Counted from the whole stretch's first letter, positions 37,739 through 50,549 are shown. The stretch is DNA of 62,896 nucleotides, filler included, from Octopus bimaculoides (GCF_001194135.2; 11 parts of 10 records of this genome joined end to end with filler, not necessarily neighbours in it), one strand, 5' to 3'. Program-made: numbers and translations. The notes: a model not told the origin generated them from the sequence alone.

Positions 37739-38333
37739 TCGGCCCATACCGAGTACTGTCAGCCGGAGCCAGCTGAGCTCGGGACTCGTGTCAGGCAGGG
37801 TCGTCACTGCCTGAAGTAGTGAAGAAAATCGCGATCCACTACCTATGAAGATCTTGAAATAGAAATTGACAAAATGTGGAATTTCAAGACTAAAACGATA
37901 CCTGTTATTATAAGTGCCCCAGGAATGATAGCAAAAGAGGATGATTGCTACCTATCTCAGATACCAGGAAATTCAAAAATGGAAGAAATTCAAAAAATAG
38001 TGCTTATAGGAACTGCTCATATTCTACAAAAAATATTGTCTATGTAATCCCCACAACATTTCAATCTATAAATATTGTCAAAATAGTTTTAAATGTACAT
38101 AACAACTATACCTTTTACTGTCATCTTAACGTCACACTATCATCTTATAATCAAATTACTTTTAAAACAAACTTCTAATTTTCTTATGTTTTCACAGACA
38201 TTCTCTAAAACAATACTTTGTGCAAAACGAAAAATATGGTAGCTAAGTCATAACACTGACTTGAACTTATCTCTTGAGGTTTCTGGGTGAGGCTTGGAGT
38301 CAATCTGTACAAATACAAAGCAAAATACCAAAC

Positions 38334-38335
<2 letters not shown>
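37738..38335 (+). mobile_element. Internally deleted R4/Dong-like element between two (TAA)n arrays
   Basis: GC-rich leader, then YEDLEIEIDKMWNFKTKTIPVII...QKIVLIGTAHILQKILSM*, then a 3' UTR. (TAA)n at 37679-37737 and 38336-38455. Confidence 0.75.
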
Positions 38336-38423
<88 letters not shown>

Positions 38424-38650
38424 CAACAACAATAACAATAATAATGTTAATAATTACAATACGCTTCTGATAAAATAGCGATTTCAATCAATTGTAAAGT
38501 TAAGTATTAAAACGAATCACTCACTCCATTCTCTTTGCAAATATATATATCTATATCTATCTATATATATATATATATATATATATNNNNNNNNNNATAT
38601 ATATATATCAAGAGTGCTTCATTTTCTGATATATGTAATATTGGCAATAT

Positions 38651-38976
38651 GTATATATTATATTTATCCGGATGAAAATTTACTTCGTCCGCTAAGGAAA
38701 TTATTCCCTCGGTTTCCAATGTCTTTTTTATCATACGTTATTCCTGAATTTCTTATCCCTATGAATACATGTAAGCAAATGATCATTATCAGAATGAATT
38801 CATTAAACGGAGTTCATTAAATGTCATCAAATAAAATGAAACTAAGTAGATTTCGTTGTTAATGATGGATAATTCATTGATGAATAATCCATCATTAACC
38901 AGAAAATCTCCTTCATTTCATTTTATTTGGTGACATTTATAGAACTCCGTTTAATGAATTAATTCTGATAATGATC
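38651..38976. mobile_element. 326-bp insertion ending in a ~200-bp palindrome, 13-bp TSD
   Basis: Direct repeat atattggcaatat at 38638-38650 and 38977-38989. Imperfect palindrome 38779-38978. Confidence 0.75.
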
Positions 38977-39084
38977 ATATTGGCAATATATATATATATC
39001 GCGTGTGTGTATATATACAGACGCATGTGTATGTATGTAAAAATATACGTATATGTATGTGAATGTCTCTATGTGTGTGTGTGT

Positions 39085-39987
39085 GTGAGGTACCCAAAAG
39101 TAACCAGAAACATTCTCTGTGGGACGATCCGCTTGTAGCTCAGGCCGTTAGAAGCCACTTGATGCGACCCTCAGGCATCAGTCTGCCGACCGGCGTCGTC
39201 CTCTGGGGTCGTACTGTCACGTGGTGCGTCTTTGCTTTGCACTGCTTCTCCTCTGTTTGTCGATTTTTGCGACGGCTGAAACGAAGGAACAGCATACTCC
39301 TGTGAAATTCTCTTTTCTGCTGAGGAAAACGGCAGCCGGAACAATTGTCATGCTTTAAACAGCTTACAAGGACTCTGCTATGAGCAAAACACAAGTTTAT
39401 GAGTGGTTTCCACGCTTTAGGAATGGTCACTTATCGGTTGAAGACCAACCTCGTTCAAGACGGCCATTGACCTCCCGAACGAAAGAAAACATCATAAAAG
39501 TTCAAGAACTGATCTTGGAGAACCGTTACCAAACAACTGACGAACTTGTTGATATGACTGGTGTGTCCTGGAGCTGCTACCAACGAATTGTGGGCGAGGA
39601 ATTGCGAATAAAAAGAGTTGCAGCAAAATGTGTGCCTTGCTTGCTCACGGAAGACCAAAAGTATTCACTGCTGAATGCGTGTCGTGAACTGAAAGAACAG
39701 TTGGAAGCTGATCCGGACGTTTCTCAAAGGTCATCACTGGTGACGAAAGCTGGTGGTACGGAATTTGCAGATGTGGAAGAGGTGAAGAAGAAAAAAAAAC
39801 GACAAAGGCGTGAAAAGGCATCACTTTGCAAGAGTTCCAACACTGCTTCCAACTGTGGAAAACGTGTCTGGACCAATGCATTGCTTGAAATGGAGAATAC
39901 TTTGAAGGCAATAAAAGTGTAAACATGTAAAACTAAGGGGAAAAAATAATATTGCAAAATTCCGGTTTCCTCTGGGTATCCCTCGTA
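39085..39987 (+). mobile_element. Internally deleted mariner with both TIR remnants
   Basis: MSKTQVYEWFPRFRNG...PRSRRP...AAKCVPCLLTEDQK, then ITGDESWWYG joined directly to the C-terminal FADVEEVKKK...NGEYFEG. 3' TIR ccggtttcctctgggtatccctcg followed by TA. Confidence 0.9.
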
Positions 39988-40063
39988 TACATACATACAT
40001 ACATACATACATACATACATANNNNNNNNNNCTGGGTATCCCTCGTATACATACATACATACA

Positions 40064-40134
<71 letters not shown>

Positions 40135-40136
<2 letters not shown>

Positions 40137-41090
40137 TGAGAATACAAAATACATAAAAAACTCAGCGAGATATTAGGTTTCAAGCGCTCCAAAGAAAAAT
40201 AGTAGTACGAAACCTTACGATCGTTTCGAGTAATGCGTTTGTATCGGGCGGGATAAGGAATTTAGATTAGACTGGTCAGTCATAACGGAAACCATTCCCT
40301 TATAGAACATATACTGGAAGGTGTAAGTTATGTACAAAGGAAGCAATCAATATACTTCGTATAGTGAAAAGAAAATTTTAATTAATTAAATCTTGGATGT
40401 TATAAGTGTATGTAGGTATAAGTATTTAATTACGTTTAAGTTTTTTGAAAAATAGATAGGTTAGAATCTGATCTTATGAACATCGACTTAATAAAATAAT
40501 TTTAAAAAATGTCTCCATTTTGGTTAGATTTGATAACTTAAATTTTAAGCGTAAAATTCTTTATACTCTGGCACCTTAGTGGTTCACGGGCTTAGCGTCG
40601 CATTCGAATCTATTAACTTCCTACATATAAGTTGTAAGTTAGCGATCATTGTAAATTATAGATTACAAATATCATGTGAATTTTGAGACTGTTCCCACTA
40701 ACATTCTGCATAATGGATTCACCTTATTTTTAATTATTTACTTATCAGCAATCCAATTGGTTTTTTTTTAATGGTTAATCAAATTTGGGTCCTCATTTTA
40801 TTTTTACAAATATTTCTATTTTCATTCGCACAAATGTTTTACTTCACAAAGCCTTCTTCTATTTCCTTGCGAACTTTTTGAAAAATACTATAATATTTTT
40901 TTTTAAATATAACATTACTCGATAAGACTTCAAGTTCTGTAAGTGGGAGATATTTTAAGCTTTCTCAAATTTTTAAACTATTTTAATCGATTTATTTGTA
41001 CCTCTGATGAGAGAAATGCGACTATTTGTATCGGCTGAAAAATTCGCCCAATACAAACGCATTCCTTTTATTTATGCCCAGTGGTATAAA
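40135..41090 (+). mobile_element. Penelope-like 3' fragment with inverted terminal segments
   Basis: TYTGRCKLCTKEAINIL (GIY-YIG C-terminal CxxC). Inverted repeat 40232-40250 versus 41045-41063, with hammerhead halves at both ends. Confidence 0.75.
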
Positions 41091-41627
41091 TAAAAGGATA
41101 ATCAGTCGTGATTATTCTACTTTTTTTTTTACTTGCATAGTGTATCTAGAAGTACAGTGTCCAACATGTTGCACTCTATTTTTTTTATGAAGGTAAGTTA
41201 TAGTTTGAGGGAGGTTTTAGCTACAGATTCTAGCAGATCGAGCGATCCTGTCTAGACATCTTCCCTCTTCGGCAGACACTGGTTGGGTTGCAGTAAAACG
41301 TAGTCGAATAGCGTGGCACCCTGTAAGAAGCGACCAGCTGTTACTCATAATTTCGACGACGTCAGAATATCTTATGTGGCAGTTGGGTGTTGCAATTGAT
41401 CTGGCCTGCGAAAATATCGATTGTCTATTGACAAACACAAAATACAAAAGTAATATTTTAAAATATATATATATGTGTGTATATATAAAATCAAAGAAAA
41501 AGGGAGACTATAAATTCCTTTAGAATATTAGTTTGGAAGTTTTATATCCACGTGTTGGATAAATAATTTAACGAAGCAGGGGGAAAAGACAAAATTCACA
41601 TGACGCAATACGATTACTATTGCACGG

Positions 41628-41985
41628 TGGAGGTGAAATAGCCTAGTGGTTAGGGCACCGGATTCGCGGTCGTGGGACCGCAGTTTAGATCCCTAGACCG
41701 GGCGTTGTGAGTGTTTATTGAGCGAAAACGCCTAAAGCTCCGCGAGGCTCCGGCAGGGGATGGTGGCGAACCCTGCTGTACTCTTCCACCACAACTTTCT
41801 CTCACTCTTTCTTCCTGTTTCTCTTGCACCTGTATTTTCAAAGGGACAGCCTTGTCACATTCTGTGTCACGCTGAATCTCCCCGAGAACAACGTTAAGGA
41901 TACGCGTGTCTGTGGAGTGCTCGGCCATTCACACGGTAATTTCGCGTATTAACTGGAAGCCTCGTCGTGGTTACCGTCAGAGTGC
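41628..41985 (+). mobile_element. tRNA-derived SINE
   Basis: A box tagcctagtgg, decayed B box, tail gtctgtggagtgctcggcc. Confidence 0.8.
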
Positions 41986-42139
41986 CACGACTATTACACG
42001 GATCTCAACGCTCTCAATCAACGGCTCACAGTGAACTGCTTCCCCAATTACTCACAGTTCATTATTTTATAGCAATGTGTCAGTCCACTTTTAGTCAGAT
42101 GGAGATGGTCGGAATCCTTCCACAACATCACCCCTTTTT

Positions 42140-42755
42140 AGAATTAGTCTCACGCTTAGGGTTCAATTCCAGTGTTTCCGTTTTCTGGTGCTAGAACGTG
42201 TACTTTCGAATTATTTGGGTGTTGGTACCACTATCAGTTCGAATTAATTGATGATTTTTTCCAACCTCTTTACTCTCAATATTCATCTTCTTTTGGTATG
42301 TCTACGTCAATGATCTGACTGTATTCATCTTTCTCGATCCCTCCGATTATATCTGGTCGGTGATCCTCAGTTATTTTATCCGTCAGAAAAGCAGGATCCC
42401 AGAATATCGTTGCTTTTCCATCCTCCTGCATTACTTTACTAGACACATGCTCATACTAATTCTTTGTTATTTCGTGTTGGTATTTATGGCACAAAAGCCA
42501 ATTAACGTACAGACTCTACCATGGTGATGCTTGTATTCTTTTTGTGTAAAGGACTCTCACACCTACTTACCAAATGGGTTATATTTTCCCACATTCTGCA
42601 TTTCTGGGTATCATAAGTTTTGTAGATTCCATACTTCACCGAATTGGTATCAAGAGCTTGGCCTCTTGCTGCAATTATAAGGCTTTCAGTGGTATAATTC
42701 AAATCACCTTGCTTAAGTGATGTCCATAATGTTGTTTTTGTTCTTGATATCCTGT

Positions 42756-42757
<2 letters not shown>
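42140..42757 (-). mobile_element. Older R4/Dong-like LINE fragment (CCHC finger and RLE endonuclease)
   Basis: ESLIIAARGQALDTN...KCRM..ENITHLVSRC and IFWD...DHRPDII...IIDVDIP. Confidence 0.8.
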
Positions 42758-42789
<32 letters not shown>

Positions 42790-42796
<7 letters not shown>

Positions 42797-43071
42797 GTTC
42801 AGTAGTTTTATTTTTATAACGTGCTTTCACTTCACTACCGAGCGCAGCTCTGTGCGCCTTGGGTATGTGCTGTGGTTTGCTGTGGTGCTCTTATGTTTAC
42901 TGTATTGAAAGTGTTTTGCGTAGAATGTGTGCAGTACCCAGTAGTGCAATTTTCTGTATGTTATATATATTTGTAAGTCCTGGTATTTTTGTTATGCATT
43001 TGTCTGAATATTTTTTTATTATACCTATGGCACCTACTATGATAGGAATTGTTTCTGTTTTTAGATTCCAC
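42790..43071 (-). mobile_element. Younger R4/Dong-like LINE 3' end with (AAT)n tail, adjoining the older copy
   Basis: WNLKTETIPIIVGAIGIIKK...LLGTAHILRKTLSIQ*; runs into a gap. Confidence 0.85.
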
Positions 43072-44028
43072 NNNNNNNNNNNNNNNNNNNNNNNNNNNNN
43101 NNNNNNNNNNNNNNNTTAATTAATTAANNNNNNNNNNNNNNNNNNNNNNNNNNNNNNNNNNNNNNNNNNNNAATGAGACGCATCTTTGCCGCCACTGATT
43201 CACTTGCAAAGTGTTAAGTAAAATTATTTCGTTGCAGACCTCCTTTGGGTCTTTTTATTATCACTGCGACACACATAGTCCCCAGTTGGTAACATTGATT
43301 TCAAGGCCCTCCTAGATGAGAGACTGGCATTCCACTTAATGTCTATGTTCCATGCTGGCATGGATTGGAGAGTTATTAATGTAGAAATATGGTATTGTAG
43401 CTACTAACAGTTGAGGGTTGCGTAGTCTAGACGGCGTTTTAGATTTCATTATCCTCTTTAACCCGGGCAAAGCCGGGTATTTCTGCTAGTATATATATAT
43501 ATGCATGTGTGTGTGTGTGTGTGTGTGTGTAAGTATATACATGTCTACACACATCCACATGAGAATTATAGATAGTTTCTAGGTGCTCAACATTCAGTGA
43601 ATAGGCTGCCCCACTACCATTTGACACAGTTCACAGTATCCAACTGAAATTAAAAAATTCTCCTTACCCAGTCACTCAGATAAAATGCCTAATAAGGAAT
43701 TAACCAGAAAGTCAACATTCAAAACTTTTAAATAAAAAAAAGATCTAAGACAGACAAAAGAACAGATTCTATATGCGTATATCCTATATCTTTTATTTGT
43801 TCCAGTTATTGGAAACTTGGCCAAGTTGTGTACTAACTTGAAGGGTGTAGTCACACAAATCGACCCAGCAGTTATTTTTTTAAGATTGGTGCTTATTCAA
43901 TCAGTCTCTTTTAACAAATGGCTGAGTTAGGGGATCGTAACACTGGTTGTCAAGTGGTGGTGGTCATGGGTAAACACACACATCTATCTATCTATCTATC
44001 TATCTATCTACATACATGCATGCATATA

Positions 44029-44530
44029 TATTGGGTCATCCCATAAATAATGCGGTTTTTTTATACTTCTTTTTTATTTTTCAAAATTAAGATAAAGTTC
44101 ATTTTTAATCTGAAATATACTCTCCTTCATTTTCTACAATGCTCTTCCATCTATCTGGTAGACTTGCAAGGCCCCTCTTCCAAAATTCACTTGTCCGTCA
44201 CAAAAAATACTCCTCCAGTACTATTCTGACCTCATCTACAGAATTTATATTTTTTGCATCCAAATGATTTTGAAGACTGCGGAATAAATGATAATGAGAT
44301 GGGGCAATGTCCAGCAAATATGGTGGGTGAAGCATCATTTTCCATTCAAACTGCACCAGCCTTTGGAATGTCATCCTCACTGTATGTGGCCAAGCATTAT
44401 CCTGATGGAAGAACACTTTTTGACTTGAAATCAAAGATGGTTATTTTCCTTCTAGCGCTGACTTCAATGACTGGTTGAATGACCGAATCCAAGCTTCTCT
44501 GCTAGTTTCTTAAAAGTTACGATGGGATTT
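44029..44530 (-). mobile_element. Mariner C-terminal fragment with TIR
   Basis: FHQDNAWPHT...HPPYLLDIAPSHYHLFRSL...RWKSIVENEGEY; TIR ttgggtcatcccataaataatgcgg. Confidence 0.9.
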
Positions 44531-44809
44531 TGTTCCACCAGGGTTTGAAAAATGTCCTTGTTGAGCTCTACACATTTTCCAGAATGAGGCTTGTCTTCTA
44601 GGCTGTAGTTTCTGGCTTGGAATTTCTGGCATCACAGTTGAGACTGGCATACGCTTATCATCCTATCTCCATATATGCACTTGTCATTCTCTCAGTTATC
44701 TGGCCTGCCGTGAAAAAAGCTTGGTGAACCCTGCCCATAACGATAGCAAATTTTCTTTCTTCTGCTTCTTTTCTTTTTTCGTTCCTTTCTTTTCTCCTTT
44801 TCTTCCAAC

Positions 44810-45015
44810 TCAGCGTTTTAATACTGTTATCGAGGTCCAGAGTGAATTGCAGAAGGTCCTCAACTCGCTTACAGAAAAAGACTTCCAGGCTGGATTCCAA
44901 AAGTAGCAGGAATGCCAGGACTGGTCCATAGCAAGGTGACTATTTTGAAGGAAATGAAATTAAAAGCATAGGTGAAAACATAATTAGTCTGGGAACTTTT
45001 TGATATCACCTTGTA
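44810..45015 (+). mobile_element. Mariner C-terminal fragment
   Basis: QRFNTVIEVQSELQKVLNSLTEKDFQAGFQK...GDYFEG; TIR-like end ttttgatatcaccttg followed by TA. Confidence 0.75.
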
Positions 45016-45110
45016 TTTAGTAGTCAAATCCGAAATGTAGATGGTTTTACCACTATTTCTAATTTGAACATTGCAATATCCAGTGCATGAAACTTAAAGA
45101 TCTCTTTTAG

Positions 45111-45312
45111 CTCTTTTACTTGTTTCAGTCATTTGACTGCGGCCATACTGGAGCACCACCTTTAGTCGAGCAAATCGACCCCAGGACTTATTCTTTGTAA
45201 GCCTAGTGCTTATTCTATCGGTCTCTTTTTGCCGAACCGCCAAGTTACGGGGACGTTAGCACACCAGCATAGGTTGTCAAGCGATGGCGGGGGGACAAAC
45301 ACTGACACACAA

Positions 45313-45385
<73 letters not shown>

Positions 45386-45552
45386 TATGACGGGCTTCTT
45401 TCAGTTTCTGTCTACCATATCAAATCCACTCACAAGGCTTTGGTTGGCCCGAGGCTATAGTTAAAGATACTTGCCCAAGGTGCCACGCACTGGGACTGAA
45501 CCCGGAACCATGTGGTTGGTAAGCAAGCTACTTACCACACAGCCACTCCTGC
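45111..45552 (-). mobile_element. Full-length tRNA/CORE-like SINE
   Basis: Reverse complement of 32488-32884 with a longer internal (TA)n. Confidence 0.9.
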
Positions 45553-46279
45553 ACCTATGATATACACAAACTCTACAAATAAAAAGAGTATTCATCCAGC
45601 TATGCAGTGTTGAATACTCATTGACACTGTTCAACACTATTGTGTAAAAACACACACACGCACACACATATGCACAGGCAAGGTTGTGTGATTAACAAGT
45701 TTTCTTCCTAACCACAAGGTTTCAGGTTCAGTTTGACAGCATATCTCAGGCAAGTGTCTTGCCTGAGGGGCTGATCAAAGCTTTGTGATTTAGTAGATGT
45801 AAATTGAAAGAAGTCCGTTGTGTGTATGTATGTTTGTAGTTCTTCGTCTTGATATTGTAGGACTGTTGTAAATGAATGTCATTCTTTTCCAACATTTCTG
45901 CATAAACATAACTAGCCAGCAGAAGCAGGGTGATGGTTGGTGACATGAAGAACATCTGGCTGTAGAAAACCTGCCTCAATAAACTCCATCTGAGACGTAC
46001 AAACATTGAAAAGTGGAATTTAAAATAATGACAACAATGGTGATATGTGTGTGTGTGTGACTGATTGTTTATATTTTGGGCTTTTTGCATGAAAGCTCAG
46101 GTAAAGAATAACAACCAAAAACTTGGTAATGTTTGTTGACATTCCTTGACCAAAGGTCAGCTGGTCATTTTCAAAGCTGATTGAAATAATCCCTTAACTG
46201 AAAAACAGTGTATTGATTTGGCCGGAGATCCTATAATGCTGCTAAGCCGGCCCTTCATATATACTTTAATCAGTTTGAG

Positions 46280-46295
46280 ACCCGTTAACGAAAAC

Positions 46296-46335
<40 letters not shown>

Positions 46336-46885
46336 AAACCAGCCTATTAAGTGTAAAAAAGTGTAGAAAACGAATATGAAAAAAAAAAAATTTGCGCAAA
46401 CGAACGGGGTTTGGGTGGGGAGAGGAATTTCGGAGAATTCACAGGATCCGATTTTTCCGTCATAACTTTCAGGAAAATAGATATATATTTACGAAATTTT
46501 ATAGAAATGCCGTTCACATGGCACAAATTACGATTATAAAGAAATTTCTGGGGAAATTTTTATCCGAAGGGGTGGGGAGAGGACTGTCGGAAAATTCACA
46601 CGATCCTTTTTTTTCCCCTCATAACCTTCAGGAAAATGAATATCTTTTATTGAAATTTTATAATAAAAAAACACCTTTCAAACAGTATACAGGGTGTCCA
46701 CAAAGTCTGGGTACATGGAGTAAATAAAATCATAACATAAACAATTAAATATAAGAAATAATTTCTTAAAATATGTGTTAATCCCCATATACCTAGACTT
46801 TGTGGACACCCTGTAGATTACGATTATAAAGAAATCTGTGGGGGAAAATGTTTTTCCGAAGGGGTGGAGAGAGGACTATTGGAAA
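46280..46885 (+). mobile_element. HINE/DINE-1-like element 5' part with internal ~160-bp tandem units
   Basis: ccgtt-aacgaa-aacgg hairpin, then (AC)n, then repeated gggagagga...ataac.ttcaggaaaat units; 3' end lost in a gap. Confidence 0.5.
46690..46813. mobile_element. 124-bp Tc1/mariner-type MITE with TA TSD
   Basis: TIR cagggtgtccacaaagtct.ggta and its reverse complement; TA at 46688-46689 and 46814-46815. Confidence 0.92.
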
Positions 46886-47043
46886 NNNNNNNNNNNNNNN
46901 NNNNNNNNNNNNNNNNNNNNNNNNNNNNNTTAATTAATTAANNNNNNNNNNNNNNNNNNNNNNNNNNNNNNNNNNNNNNNNNNNNTATATATATATGTAT
47001 ATATGTGTATGTTTGTGTGGTTGTGCGTGAGTATTTATACACA

Positions 47044-47086
<43 letters not shown>

Positions 47087-47843
47087 GATTAGTGTAGTCT
47101 ATACCAAGAAGAGTGAACTAGAGCTTACAGTGATTGAGAAAGTCACTTTAGTGTAGGTTGGAAATAAAGAAGTCAAAGTGAAAAAAACAAAAGAAAAAGA
47201 AATGAGAGTGAATACAGGCTTACACTTCACCTCATCTTTCAATATTTCTTGCTATAAAAGTCCTTATCTAGTAATAGAGAATAGTCAGAAGAGCTCTGAC
47301 ATGCGCAAATTTGTAAGGTAAAGGTGTGATGTATGCACAGATTGATAGTATTAAATTAACCACATATTGTCGGGCAATTGTCTGTTGTTAAGAGTGGTCC
47401 GTAATTGATTTAAATTAATGACTAATTCTCACGATTTCATACATTCCTTCAACAGCCCTGCTGGTCACCATGACCTCCTAGCTATGGATTTTGTACATAA
47501 CTCATCTGTATTCTTTTTCATAGACCTGTAAGCATGGGATCCTGCTGTATTTATGAGTTCTATGGCTCACCACACAAACTCGTAAATTTATGTCCATCTT
47601 GTTGATATGTCAGTTAGCCAGTGTTCATGACTTGTAGCCGTCGGTAAGCTGATAATTATTTTAAAATTACCAAATATACGTTCGTCCTAAAATACTCAGT
47701 ACCTTTTACTTATGCCTTTCTCTTTCTAGTCTTTTCTTCTCTCAACTCCATTGTTTTCTTTTTCATTTCTTGTTATCATCAGTTTCCGAAATTACCACTT
47801 TTCATTGCGAGCCGTCTCTTATAACCATGGTATAACACACACA

Positions 47844-47879
<36 letters not shown>

Positions 47880-48287
47880 AGATGTGCCCTTCTAACATCT
47901 CCTGGATCTCGAGTATTACATGAATATTCTTGTCATAATTATTACTTATAATTTCACATAAAATTGGCCCTACTTAGCTTACCTAAGAAGACNNNNNNNN
48001 NNNNNNNNNNNNNNNNNNNNNNNNNNNNNNNNNNNNNNNNNNNNNNNNNNNNNNNNNNNNNNNNNNNNNNNNNNNNNNNNNNNNNNNNNNNNNNNNNNNN
48101 NNNNNNNNNNNNNNNNNNNNNNNNNNNNNNNNNNNNNNNNNNNNNNNNNNNNNNNNNNNNNNNNNNNNNNNNNNNNNNNNNNNNNNNNNNNNNNNNNNNN
48201 NNNNNNNNNNNNNNNNNNNNNNNNNNNNNNNNNNNNNNNNNNNNNNNNNNNNNNNNNNNNNNNNNNNNNNNNNNNNNNNNNNNNNNN

Positions 48288-48330
<43 letters not shown>

Positions 48331-48779
48331 CAAATCAATAATATATATAAGCAAATCAATAACGGCGGATTCAAAAGCAAGACCAAAAGTCGAAGGGAAT
48401 AATTGGTTGTGTGTATAGGCCCACAACCAATCATATCACAACTTGATTTTCAAATATTTTACGACATTTGAATCATAGGTATAATAAATTACGTATTCAC
48501 ACCACCTACAAACACATACTATGGAAATTAGTGTTGCCATTGCAGTTAAGTTCTAGTTCGTGTTTGATTTAAAAAGCAATTTGCAATAATTTGATGAGTG
48601 ATTAGAAAGAAACTAAGCATGTTAAAACAATGTTCTCTATTTTACTGTGCGTATTCATGTCTGAGCGAGAGTGTATGTGTGTGTTCGTGCGCGTGCTTGC
48701 GAATGTAAACACTTGAGTACGAAAGAAAAATGAAAATATTCAGTATACACAAATACAAAAGGGCAGTGGTATAATTAAT

Positions 48780-48915
48780 TATTTTCTACTTTAGGCACAA
48801 GGCCCGAAATTTTGGGGGAGGGGCCAGTGGATTAGATCTACCCCAGTACGCAACTAGTACTTAATTTATCGACCCAGAAAGGATGAGAGGCAAAGTCGAC
48901 CTCGACGGAATTTGA
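48780..48915 (-). mobile_element. SINE (4853-5066 family), 3' part
   Basis: gtacttaatttatcgacccagaaaggatgagaggcaaagtcgacc is the reverse complement of the family core. Further decayed copies at about 51920-52060 (-), 53700-53880 (+) and 34645-34715 (-). Confidence 0.75.
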
Positions 48916-49369
48916 GAGAGTGCTATAATTTATTGGAAACCGATCTCGGGATGAAAATGGAACATGAAATTTGATATATAATAAACATATAAAGAAAGCG
49001 ATAGATGCATGAAACAACGATTGAATCTCTAATAACGATTGTTTGAAGAAAAAAAAAATAGTGTGGGGTGACAATAGAGAATATAAAATGGTATATTATG
49101 CTCATGTGTCTGTGTGCGTATCCATGCATATATGTATGTATATATATATATATANNNNNNNNNNNNNNNNNNNNNNNNNNNNNNNNNNNNNNNNNNNNTT
49201 AATTAATTAANNNNNNNNNNNNNNNNNNNNNNNNNNNNNNNNNNNNNNNNNNNNATATATATATATATATACCATCTGTCTGTTTCTCAATCTGTGTATC
49301 TACTGGTATCCGTCTGTCTAGTTGTGTATCTATCTGTCGGCATGTGTGTGTGTCTATCTATCTGATAAT

Positions 49370-49604
49370 GTGAAGACCTGTCAAACTGAGTGAAATTGTA
49401 GTCAGGGCCGATGCCAGTGTCCGGTCAATGGCACCCGTGCTGGCGGCACATAAATGTCACCTACTACACTCTCAGAGTGGTTGGTGATAGGAAGGGCATC
49501 CAGCTGTCGAAACCTTACCAGATCAGATCAGAGCCTGGTGCAGATCCCAGGCTTACCAGTTTTTAGTGAAACTATCCAACCCATGCCAGCATGGAAAGCA
49601 GACC
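49370..49604 (+). mobile_element. RTE-type 3' tail fragment
   Basis: gtggttggtgataggaagggcatccagctgt...ccaacccatgccagcatggaaagc. Related pieces at 43270-43375 (-) and 45920-46040 (+). The clade call is from recall. Confidence 0.55.
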
Positions 49605-50353
49605 NNNNNNNNNNNNNNNNNNNATGATGAGTACACCAGCACCTTAGATTCACAACTACAATCTGTCCACCTCACTATCTTCCATTCCATCATTTCAGAA
49701 AATGGCTGAAAGATTACTTTCTTACAACCATTTTCAAGAAACTCTTTTACCATTTGAACAATTTGTCATGCNNNNNNNNNNNNNNNNNNNNNNNNNNNNN
49801 NNNNNNNNNNNNNNNNNNNNNNNNNNNNNNNNNNNNNNNNNNNNNNNNNNNNNNNNNNNNNNNNNNNNNNNNNNNNNNNNNNNNNNNNNNNNNNNNNNNN
49901 NNNNNNNNNNNNNNNNNNNNNNNNNNNNNNNNNNNNNNNNNNNNNNNNNNNNNNNNNNNNNNNNNNNNNNNNNNNNNNNNNNNNNNNNNNNNNNNNNNNN
50001 NNNNNNNNNNNNNNNNNNNNNNNNNNNNNNNNNNNNNNNNNNNNNNNNNNNNNNNNNNNNNNNNNNNNNNNNNNNNNNNNNNNNNNNNNNNNNNNNNNNN
50101 NNNNNNNNNNNNNNNNNNNNNNNNNNNNNNNNNNNNNNNNNNNNNNNNNNNNNNNNNNNNNNNNNNNNNNNNNNNNNNNNNNNNNNNNNNNNNNNNNNNN
50201 NNNNNNNNNNNNNNNNNNNNNNNNNNNNNNNNNNNNNNNNNNNNNNNNNNNNNNNNNNNNNNNNNNNNNNNNNNNNNNNNNNNNNNNNNNNNNNNNNNNN
50301 NNNNNNNNNNNNNNNNNNNNNNNNNNNNNNNNNNNNNNNNNNNNNNNNNNNNN

Positions 50354-50545
50354 TCTTCTCTCTGAATACATACATGTGTAGTTACCTGTCTCTTTGGAGA
50401 GAATGATTTTCCATATATATCACAATGATATGGTTTCTCTTCAGTATAAATGTATTTGGGTGTTGTTGTCCTCATTTCAGTAGAATGATCAATCAAAAAT
50501 GTCCATCAGGTAGTCTCTCACTTGTGTGAATATGTTTTCTGACAC
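50354..50545 (-). pseudogene. Degenerate C2H2 zinc-finger fragment running into a gap
   Basis: YTEEKPYHCDIYGKSFSPKRQVTTHVCIQRE versus the HTGEKPYxCxxCGKSF consensus; second Cys is Tyr and last His is Gln. Confidence 0.8.
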
Positions 50546-50549
50546 CTAC

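Noticed and set aside
37738-37825. HDV-like ribozyme fold
   Set aside because: No P1/P3/P1.1 pseudoknot could be fitted on either strand. Kept only as a structured leader.
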